Below the pieces are notes generated by a model. The model ran no database searches. It saw only the letters and a list, made by a program, of their open reading frames with translations, and had not been told where the DNA came from. From the sequence record SRR31156797_9558: 34,550 bases of DNA. One strand, 5' to 3'. Positions 16,789 to 24,467 of the stretch are shown here, one piece after another (position 1 is the first letter of the stretch; each line of letters opens with the position of its first letter). The position numbers were made by a program, and so were the translations under genes.

Positions 16789-18309
16789 TTATTTTCTACC
16801 TGATAAGAAGCGACTTAGCGCACGCGATGATTCATTTTGTATGTCTTGTAACATTTTGCTATCAAGACCTTGAAGCAGGCTATTCACATTGCTAAAGTTT
16901 AATCCATCATCGTAAGATATTTCTCCGGGAATATCTGTATAAAGCAATACAAATTCTTCTCCAAGAGAATATTTATCAAGGCCACGTACAAATACAAAAA
17001 TACGATCGCTATACCCATTCACTTTATAGTAATGCCAGATCTGATAGTCAACTGCGTCAATAAGAGCCGCTTGTTCACCAGGAACAGCAACAATTTGTTG
17101 TTGACCTAAATGATCCTTTTTAATTGAATTAGGTGGTCCATATTTTAAGTAAATTCTACCCAAATCTGTTGCATAACCTCGTCTTTTTCCATACCCAAAG
17201 TGTTTCTGAACAATCTTTAATTGTTGTTTGTAAGTATTCCACTCTTCTTCTGCTTTTGAAGGGTTTCTTTCTTTCCAAAAATTATAGAAAAACTGCTGCA
17301 TTAGTTTCATTTGTTCAGGTTTAAAATCCTGTAAAATAAACTTTTGCTCGATTCGATTTGCTATGGGGTATAATGCAAATATGTGATCTTCAAGTTGTTT
17401 GAAATTTGTTATGTTTTGTGCAAATGTTTTGGATATGTCAATATTGGTATAATCAATTTCTTGTTCGTAATAATCGGCATTTGAACGTTGTATAAACTTT
17501 TTATGTGTGCCAATAATTTTGTTTTTATTATTTCTGAGTTCAATAACAAGGTTGTAATTTCCACTATTCAGTTTAGTGATATCAAAAGATTTCATTAATA
17601 CATTGATTGGTGCAGCGCTTTTAGGTGAGCGGGTCGCAAATTCACTGTACATACGTTTAGTTGGGTTTCCTTCTAAATATGTGGTTATAAGAAATGGTTC
17701 ATCCCTTCCAAGGACTTTATCAAGATTGTAAATTTCAAGGTAGAATGACAATGAATTAACATTGTCAGGATAAAAATTACTTACATAAGGTACTACGTCA
17801 AATCCGCTCTTAGAATATTGATTTCGTTTGTCAGTTGGCGTCATTTGCTCGGCCAGCGTAACTCCACTGAACGCCAATTCTTCCTTTTCAATATCTATGG
17901 TAATAATATCACTGAACTTAAATACTTCAGAAGAATCTACATTATTGTCTTTGAGTGTGAGCTCAAAATTATAAGTTCCATTTTCCAATGAAAAACGCTC
18001 CAGGTGCAAGAAGGATGGTCTTTCTGTTTCATCTTCATCTAATTTGGAACTTTTTAAATTGAATTTACGGTACCCTTTAACAATATCACCATTTTTGAAT
18101 ACCATGGTAACTTCAACTGAAGCTTGTATCTTATCATCATCAACCGGCATGTATGCAACTGAATTTCCTGCAATTGCAAGATAAGTTTCCAGGTATGTTT
18201 CTTTTTCCATATCCATAAATGAAGCATAATGGAAATAACCTGTAGGACTTTGTGCCCAAATATTTATGGTCAAAATCTGAATGAAAACAATTAGTAATAG
18301 TTTCTTCAT
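16789..18309 (-). CDS. GWxTD domain-containing exported protein
   Basis: FFYNFWKERNP...GYATDLGRIYLKYGPPN...YQIWHY. The signal peptide begins at MKKLLLIV (18309), so the ORF-track start 18360 is probably too long. Confidence 0.85.
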   Translation of the reverse strand: MKKLLLIVFIQILTINIWAQSPTGYFHYASFMDMEKETYLETYLAIAGNSVAYMPVDDDKIQASVEVTMVFKNGDIVKGYRKFNLKSSKLDEDETERPSFLHLERFSLENGTYNFELTLKDNNVDSSEVFKFSDIITIDIEKEELAFSGVTLAEQMTPTDKRNQYSKSGFDVVPYVSNFYPDNVNSLSFYLEIYNLDKVLGRDEPFLITTYLEGNPTKRMYSEFATRSPKSAAPINVLMKSFDITKLNSGNYNLVIELRNNKNKIIGTHKKFIQRSNADYYEQEIDYTNIDISKTFAQNITNFKQLEDHIFALYPIANRIEQKFILQDFKPEQMKLMQQFFYNFWKERNPSKAEEEWNTYKQQLKIVQKHFGYGKRRGYATDLGRIYLKYGPPNSIKKDHLGQQQIVAVPGEQAALIDAVDYQIWHYYKVNGYSDRIFVFVRGLDKYSLGEEFVLLYTDIPGEISYDDGLNFSNVNSLLQGLDSKMLQDIQNESSRALSRFLSGRK

Positions 18310-18387
18310 TTCTCTTCTTTTTTTACTTAAATAAGCTTGATCAATATATGAACCACGCAAATATAATATTATTGTTTGACAATACCT

Positions 18388-19182
18388 TTAAACAAGATTT
18401 TCAGCTAAAATTTGCTGTATTTCATTGGCCAGATGAGGATTGGATGCAATGATCTGTTTGCCATATATAAAATCATCTTTGCCGCTAAAGTCTTGCACAT
18501 AACCCCCAGCTTGCTGCACTATAAATGAACCTGCGGCTACGTCCCAGGGACTAAGACTGTATTCGAAGAATCCGTCAAATCTGCCACATGCCACATATGC
18601 TAAATCAGTGGCTGCACTTCCAAGTCTTCTAATACCTGTAGTGGTTTTCATAAATTCAGCCAAAGCTTGCAAGTAGCCCTTCAGCTTATAATAGTCATAA
18701 TATGGAAAGCCTGTGGCCAGGAAGGCTTCTTCCATTTTTGTGCGTTCTGAAACGCTAATAGGCTTCCCATTAAGTGTAGCTTCTTCTTCCTCAAATGCGG
18801 CAAACATTTCATCATTACCTATTTCGTAAACAATACCGGCAATAGTTTTATTCTGATATTGCAAAGCTACGCTTATTGCAACCGGATATATATCGTTAAT
18901 GAAATTAGTGGTTCCATCCAATGGATCAATAATCCAGAGATAGTCACTACTTGTATTTTCACCAGTGCCTTCTTCAGCGAGGAAGGATGAATCTGGAATT
19001 AGTTTTTGAAGTTCCTTTACTAGCATCTCTTCAGCTTTTTTATCCACATGAGTTACAAAGCTGTTTTTGCTTTTTATGTCAACTTCCTTATCTTTTATTT
19101 TTCCTTTTTCCTCACGAATATAATTACCAGTTGATTTAATAATCTCAAGGATAGCAGGTTTTATTTGTTGCAAGTTTATCAT
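18388..19182 (-). CDS. suhB: Inositol monophosphatase family protein
   Basis: LAEE, WIIDPLDGTTNF, RRLGSAATDL.YVA.GR and WDVAAG. Confidence 0.9.
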   Translation of the reverse strand: MINLQQIKPAILEIIKSTGNYIREEKGKIKDKEVDIKSKNSFVTHVDKKAEEMLVKELQKLIPDSSFLAEEGTGENTSSDYLWIIDPLDGTTNFINDIYPVAISVALQYQNKTIAGIVYEIGNDEMFAAFEEEEATLNGKPISVSERTKMEEAFLATGFPYYDYYKLKGYLQALAEFMKTTTGIRRLGSAATDLAYVACGRFDGFFEYSLSPWDVAAGSFIVQQAGGYVQDFSGKDDFIYGKQIIASNPHLANEIQQILAENLV

Positions 19183-19187
19183 AACTG

Positions 19188-20474
19188 TTAAAGATTTATT
19201 TCGCCAAATACATTCTGATCTTGATCTATCTCAACCAATTTTACTTCAATTATTTGGTTTTCCATGCCACTTTTATATTTTACTTTTGTCCGGATATAAT
19301 TATCTGTAAAACCATATATGAAGCCATCTTTTATCTCTTTTTCAAATAATACTGGTCTCGTAGTACCCAGGTTTTCATTCAGAAATTTAACTAAAAACTC
19401 ATCTGATAACCTATGTAAGTTTTTACTTCTATCATTTCTATCTTTTTTGTTGACTTGATCTTTCATTTTTGCCGCTTTCGTTCCCGGTCTTTCTGAATAA
19501 GTGAATACATGTAGGTATGATATATCAAGCGACTTAAGAAATTCGATAGTTTGCTGGTAATCTTCATCAGTTTCACCCGGTACTCCAACAATTACATCAG
19601 CTGCAATGCAAGCATCCGGTATTTTAGCCTTGATTTTTGCAACTCGCTCAGCATAAATTTCAGTAGTGTACCTGCGATTCATGCTTTCGAGTAATTTATT
19701 GGTACCACATTGTAGTGGAATGTGGAAATGAGGCATAATCATCTCATTTTCTGACACAAGATTAATAACTTCGTTTGTGATAAGGTTGGGCTCAATGCTG
19801 CTTAATCTTAGTCTTTTGAGATTAGTTTTGTTTACAATTTCAGATAACAATTGACCAAAAGTTTCATTGTGTTGTCTGCCAAAATCTCCCACATTAACTC
19901 CTGTTAAAATAACTTCCTTTGAGCCTTGTGATATGATTTCGTTTAAATCTGTTAGCACTTCTTCTATTTTAGGGCTTCGACTTAATCCTCTTGCCATAGG
20001 TATTGTGCAGTAAGCGCAGAAATAGTTGCAGCCATCCTGTACCTTAAGAAAAGTTCTGGTTCGATCAGAAGAGGACCAGGCTGAATCAAAGCTAGTGATT
20101 TCTTTGTATGGATGTCTATGGATTTTTTCTGAACCATTATCTTCAATGAGTTCGAAAATTTTGAATTTTTCCTCGTTTCCCAAAATCAAATCTACATTCT
20201 TAAGGGCATCTAATTCCTCTGGTCTTAATTGCGAGTAGCAGCCCATAGCTATAATTTTTGCGTTGGGATTTGATCTTTTTGCTTTTGAAATAATATTTCG
20301 TCCTTTTTTTTCAGCCAGTGAAGTAACTGCGCATGTATTTATGACAACTATATCTGAATCTATGAATTCATTAGTTCTTTGGTATCCTTTTTTCTCAAAT
20401 TGGGCTGCGAGTGAGGATGTTTCTGCAAAATTTAATTTACATCCAAGTGTATAAAAAGAGACTTTTTTGTTCAT
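19188..20474 (-). CDS. mtaB: tRNA ms2t6A37 methylthiotransferase (radical SAM)
   Basis: TLGCKLNFAET, INTCAVT, RTRTFLKVQDGCNYFCAYCTIP.ARG, HVFTYSERPGT and G.TDNY. The start is placed at MNKKVSF (20474). Confidence 0.93.
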   Translation of the reverse strand: MNKKVSFYTLGCKLNFAETSSLAAQFEKKGYQRTNEFIDSDIVVINTCAVTSLAEKKGRNIISKAKRSNPNAKIIAMGCYSQLRPEELDALKNVDLILGNEEKFKIFELIEDNGSEKIHRHPYKEITSFDSAWSSSDRTRTFLKVQDGCNYFCAYCTIPMARGLSRSPKIEEVLTDLNEIISQGSKEVILTGVNVGDFGRQHNETFGQLLSEIVNKTNLKRLRLSSIEPNLITNEVINLVSENEMIMPHFHIPLQCGTNKLLESMNRRYTTEIYAERVAKIKAKIPDACIAADVIVGVPGETDEDYQQTIEFLKSLDISYLHVFTYSERPGTKAAKMKDQVNKKDRNDRSKNLHRLSDEFLVKFLNENLGTTRPVLFEKEIKDGFIYGFTDNYIRTKVKYKSGMENQIIEVKLVEIDQDQNVFGEINL

Positions 20475-20541
20475 ATCATCACAAATTCCTGTTCCTATTC
20501 TTCTTTTTGATTTTGGTAATACTAGAATTACAATAATCATA

Positions 20542-20549
20542 CAAAAATA
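20542..20549 (-). promoter_or_regulatory. Sigma-A -7 element for mtaB-suhB-GWxTD
   Basis: The reverse complement is TATTTTTG. Its position argues against the ORF-track start at 20540. Confidence 0.55.
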
Positions 20550-20614
20550 GCATTATTTAAGCATCATAAGTGGAACTAATAAGGTCAAAATTTTCGTAAT
20601 TAGAATTATTTTGC

Positions 20615-20662
20615 TTGTTTTGTTTAAAAAATCTACCGAAATCATAAACAAAAATTAAACAG
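20615..20662 (+). promoter_or_regulatory. Candidate CarH/LitR operator upstream of the regulator gene
   Basis: TAAACA at 20645 and 20656 (11-bp period, TnnACA), plus an inverted TGTTTA at 20621. Confidence 0.6.
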
Positions 20663-20690
20663 TGGGGTTTACCCTTAAAAGGTTGGAATT

Positions 20691-21581
20691 ATGTATTCTA
20701 TAAAAGATTTGGAACGTTTAACAGGAATTAAGGCTCATACTATACGTATTTGGGAAAAGAGGTATAGTATTATTGAGCCTGACCGAACGGATACCAATAT
20801 CAGAACATATTGTGATGAAGATGTAAAGAAACTGTTGAATGTTGCAGTACTCAATAAGCATGGAGTTCGTATTTCGAAATTAGCAGAAATGACTGATCAG
20901 GAACTTCGTGAAAAAGTTGTTGGTCTAAATGTTGGTCTTAATACCTCCAGTGTTCAAATAGAGCATCTCATTATAAGCATGATTGATTTGGATGAAATTA
21001 AATTTGAATCGGTCCTAAATAGATCTATCATAAAGAACGGATTTGAGGAAACAGTAAAGAATTTGTTATTTCCCTTTTTTGATCGAGTGGGAGTTTTATG
21101 GCAAACCGGATCAATTAATCCGGCGCAAGAACACTTTGTGTCGAATTTAGTAAGACAAAAACTATTTGTGGCAACAGATCGTATAGTGCCTGAATCAAAC
21201 TCAAAGTCTCCTACATTTGTGTTTTTCTTACATGAGCAGGAATTACATGAAATTGGATTACTTTTTTATCATTACATTGCAAAGAAATGGGGTATGAAAA
21301 CCGTTTACCTAGGTCAAATTGTACCTTTTGATGATTTAAAACTGGTTTACAAAAAAATAAAACCTCAGTATCTGTTTTCTTCATTTACTTCTTCAATGGA
21401 AGAAGGTTGGATTAAAAAATATTTAAAAGAATTGGCTAAAACATTCAGTGATATTAAAATTTTCGCCAGCGGTTATCAGATGGCCAATATTAGTAATTTA
21501 CCTGAAAATGTAATTGCAGTGAGAGATATTGAGGTGTTTAAAGAAGAGATAAAGAAGATTTTAGCTGAGAACGAGCAATAA
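20691..21581 (+). CDS. MerR-family cobalamin-binding regulator (CarH/LitR type)
   Basis: MerR HTH YSIKDLE.LTGIKAHTIRIWEKRY, W-x9-EH (WQTGSINPAQEH), ExHxxG (ELHEIG), YLG and SFT. Confidence 0.9.
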   Translation: MYSIKDLERLTGIKAHTIRIWEKRYSIIEPDRTDTNIRTYCDEDVKKLLNVAVLNKHGVRISKLAEMTDQELREKVVGLNVGLNTSSVQIEHLIISMIDLDEIKFESVLNRSIIKNGFEETVKNLLFPFFDRVGVLWQTGSINPAQEHFVSNLVRQKLFVATDRIVPESNSKSPTFVFFLHEQELHEIGLLFYHYIAKKWGMKTVYLGQIVPFDDLKLVYKKIKPQYLFSSFTSSMEEGWIKKYLKELAKTFSDIKIFASGYQMANISNLPENVIAVRDIEVFKEEIKKILAENEQ

Positions 21582-22105
21582 TGAAAGTTTTTTTGATATT
21601 GCTCTTCATATTCCCTTCAGTAGTTTATAGCCAATTGGAATCTAATTATACTATGAAAACTGTTGATTCACTTGATTTGGAGAAATATTCCGGTACCTGG
21701 TATGAAATATATAGATTACCAATGCGTGCAGAAAAAGATCTTGTGAATGTAACTGCTACATATACCTTGAAAGAAAATGGAAAGATTGGGGTATTAAATC
21801 AAGGTTTCAAGCACAGTCCTAATGGAAAACATAAAAAGGCTAAAGCTATTGCATGGAGGCCGAATAATGATAATCAGGGGGCTTTAAAGGTGAGATTTTT
21901 TTACTTAATAAGGTCTTCATATAATGTTTTTGCAATAGCTGATGATTACAGTTGGGCTATTGTGGCAACAGACAATAAGGATTACGCCTGGATATTATCT
22001 CGTAACCCTGAAATATCTTCCGGATTGGATGCTCAACTTTTACAAAAAGCAGAATCTATTGGTATCAATACGGCTCAATTTGAAAAGACGCTTCAGCAAT
22101 GGTAA
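21581..22105 (+). CDS. Bacterial lipocalin (Blc-like)
   Basis: LDLEKYSGTWYEI.R, NVTATY, LKVRF, DDYSWAIV and YAWILSR.P. Sec signal with no lipobox Cys. TAATG overlap with the regulator stop. Confidence 0.92.
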   Translation: MKVFLILLFIFPSVVYSQLESNYTMKTVDSLDLEKYSGTWYEIYRLPMRAEKDLVNVTATYTLKENGKIGVLNQGFKHSPNGKHKKAKAIAWRPNNDNQGALKVRFFYLIRSSYNVFAIADDYSWAIVATDNKDYAWILSRNPEISSGLDAQLLQKAESIGINTAQFEKTLQQW

Positions 22106-23394
22106 GTCAAAAACTAGTGATACATTGGTTTAGAAGAGACCTTCGTTTAGATGATAATAAATCACTTTTTAGTGCCTTAACCTCTGGTTTTAAAGTTATT
22201 CCCTTATTTATTTTTGATACTGAGATTTTAGATGAATTGCCTGATGATGATAGGCGTGTATCGCTGATTTATAATAGGTTGATCGAGCTAAGCGAACAGC
22301 TTGGAAAATATAATAGTAGTATATTTATTGAGTATGGTAAGCCGTATGAGGTTTTTGAGCGACTTCTTAAAACCTATTCAATTGATGCTGTATATACAAA
22401 TGAAGATTATGAGCCGTATGCCATTGCCCGCGATAGGAAAATTGAAGCGCTTTTAAAGCGTAATGGTGTTAAATTCCAGTCTTTTACAGACCAGGTTTTG
22501 GTTCACCCATCCCTAGTGAAGAAGAAGGATGGCAAACCTTATACTGTTTTTACACCATGGTCAAAACAATGGCTTCAGAAATTTGATCCTTCAAGTTTGG
22601 AGAATTATCCTTCAGAGCAACATTTAAAGAATATATTACCAGAACATTTTGATTTGCCAGATCTTAAAGAATTAGGTTTTACTTTTCAGAAAGTAGATGT
22701 AAATACATCTTTTCCTTCAACGAAAATATTAAGTGCTTATGCAGAGCAGAGGAATTTCCCAGCACAAAATGGAACCTCCAGATTGAGTGTAGCTTTAAGA
22801 TTTGGCATAATTAGTATTCGAAAACTTGCAGCGCAGAGTTCTAAATCAAAAGTTTATTTGAATGAGCTTGGATGGCGTGAGTTTTATATGATGATTCTAT
22901 ACTTTTTCCCCAAAGTCGTCACTGAATCATTTAAATCTAAGTATGATAATATTCAATGGCGCAATAACAAAAAGGAATTTGAGTTATGGAAATTGGGGAA
23001 AACCGGGTACCCTATTGTTGATGCCGGTATGCGTCAATTATTGGAGTCAGGGTATATGCATAACCGTTTAAGAATGATTACCGCAAGCTTTTTAACTAAA
23101 CATTTGTTAATTGATTGGCGATGGGGAGAAAGTTGGTTTGCAGAAAAGTTATTGGATTATGAGTTAGCTTCAAATAATGGAGGGTGGCAGTGGGCTGCCG
23201 GAACAGGATGCGATGCTGCTCCTTACTTTCGGGTATTTAATCCAACTACTCAAACCGAGAAGTTTGATCCTGAATTGTCGTTTATCCGCCGCTGGGTGCC
23301 TGAATTTGAGACGTTTAATTATACGCAACCCATTGTAGAGCACAAATTTGCAAGGCAAAGAGCATTAGATATATACAAGAAAGCACTGAATTGA
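22099..23394 (+). CDS. phrB: Deoxyribodipyrimidine (CPD) photolyase / cryptochrome family
   Basis: WFRRDLRL.DN, TSRLS, EL.WREFY, GKTGYPIVDAGMRQL..GYMHNRLRM, IDWRWGE.WF, NNGGWQW and PYFRVFNP. Confidence 0.94.
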   Translation: MVSQKLVIHWFRRDLRLDDNKSLFSALTSGFKVIPLFIFDTEILDELPDDDRRVSLIYNRLIELSEQLGKYNSSIFIEYGKPYEVFERLLKTYSIDAVYTNEDYEPYAIARDRKIEALLKRNGVKFQSFTDQVLVHPSLVKKKDGKPYTVFTPWSKQWLQKFDPSSLENYPSEQHLKNILPEHFDLPDLKELGFTFQKVDVNTSFPSTKILSAYAEQRNFPAQNGTSRLSVALRFGIISIRKLAAQSSKSKVYLNELGWREFYMMILYFFPKVVTESFKSKYDNIQWRNNKKEFELWKLGKTGYPIVDAGMRQLLESGYMHNRLRMITASFLTKHLLIDWRWGESWFAEKLLDYELASNNGGWQWAAGTGCDAAPYFRVFNPTTQTEKFDPELSFIRRWVPEFETFNYTQPIVEHKFARQRALDIYKKALN

Positions 23395-23422
23395 TTTAAT
23401 TAGAAAATAATTTGATCAATTA

Positions 23423-23454
23423 TTTGAATCGTTTGTTTAAATATTATAAATTTG
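23423..23454 (+). promoter_or_regulatory. Complete Bacteroidota sigma-A promoter with a TGTTTAA site in the spacer
   Basis: TTTG (23423-26), a 20-nt spacer, then TAAATTTG (23447-54). TGTTTAA lies at 23434-40. Confidence 0.7.
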
Positions 23455-23471
23455 ATTAAAATCGCCAACCT

Positions 23472-24392
23472 ATGAATATATTTGTTTTCGGAGGAACAGG
23501 AATGATTGGAAGAGCATTTTGCGAATATGCCATGCTTAATGGGCACAAACCAATTATAGTCTCTCGTTTTCCAGAAAAACACGACCTACCTTACCAGGTT
23601 TTTGGTTATCCGGAAGCATCTTCAACAAATGTTCAGCGCTTAATGGCAGGAGGATTTTCAGTTGTTAATTTAAGTGGTGCTAATATAGCTGAAAAGAAGT
23701 GGACAGCCGAACGCAAAGATATGCTTGAGAAGAGCAGAGTTGAAATTATTGATAGGGTTGAGTTATTTATCCAACAAGCCCCACAGGAACCTGATGCAAT
23801 TCTTCAGGCATCAGCCATTGGTTATTATGGAAATACTGGTGATAAAGAAATAGTTGAAAAAGATGAATCGGGTGATGGATTTCTCGCTGAACTAGCCGTG
23901 AAATGGGAAAAGCGATTCAAGGCTATTGAATTGGAAGATACTCGAAAAATGATACTTCGAACAGGCGTTGTTTTATCCAATAAGGGTGGAATGTTGCCTC
24001 GTATTTCCAAACCTTTCAAAATGTTTATGGGTGGTGTAATAGGATCAGGAAAACAATACGTTTCCTGGATTCATATGCAAGATCAGATTAGAGCAATGCT
24101 GCATTTGCTTGAGGATGATTTCGCCAATGGTGTGTTTAATTTAACTGCGCCTAATCCAGTAACAATGAAAGAGTTTTCAAAAACTTTAGGAAAAACACTG
24201 AAAAGACCTTCTTCATTTCCTATTCCTACATTTATTGTAAAAATGCTTTATGGTCAAATGGCCAAAGAAACAATGCTTTCTGGAACAAGAGTGCTTCCTA
24301 AGAGGTTGGAGGAGTTTGAATTTGAATTTATTTACACTGATCTTGAACTGGCATTGAAGAATTTACTTATTAAGCGTAAGGGAAAAGAATAA
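23472..24392 (+). CDS. TIGR01777-family (YfcH/SDR39U1-like) NAD(P)-dependent epimerase/oxidoreductase
   Basis: GGTGMIG, VNLSGANI...WT...K....SR, ASAIGYYG, GFLA.L...WE, RTGVVL, GSGKQY.SWIH..D and FNLTAPNPV. Confidence 0.93.
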   Translation: MNIFVFGGTGMIGRAFCEYAMLNGHKPIIVSRFPEKHDLPYQVFGYPEASSTNVQRLMAGGFSVVNLSGANIAEKKWTAERKDMLEKSRVEIIDRVELFIQQAPQEPDAILQASAIGYYGNTGDKEIVEKDESGDGFLAELAVKWEKRFKAIELEDTRKMILRTGVVLSNKGGMLPRISKPFKMFMGGVIGSGKQYVSWIHMQDQIRAMLHLLEDDFANGVFNLTAPNPVTMKEFSKTLGKTLKRPSSFPIPTFIVKMLYGQMAKETMLSGTRVLPKRLEEFEFEFIYTDLELALKNLLIKRKGKE

Positions 24393-24425
24393 TTTTTTTT
24401 ATTTCGGTAGCAACAAAAAAAAATA

Positions 24426-24462
24426 TTGTTTGTTTAAGAATTAGTCTTTTAAACATAAACAA
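24426..24462 (+). promoter_or_regulatory. Candidate CarH/LitR operator upstream of the TonB-dependent receptor
   Basis: TTGTTTGTTTAA-N16-CATAAACAA, the same layout as TTGTTTTGTTTAA-N15-CATAAACAA upstream of the regulator. Confidence 0.55.
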
Positions 24463-24467
24463 GTATT

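Noticed and set aside
24393-24467. Cobalamin riboswitch before the TBDR (BtuB hypothesis)
   Set aside because: The intergenic region is only 75 bp and very AT-rich, with no B12-box-like sequence.
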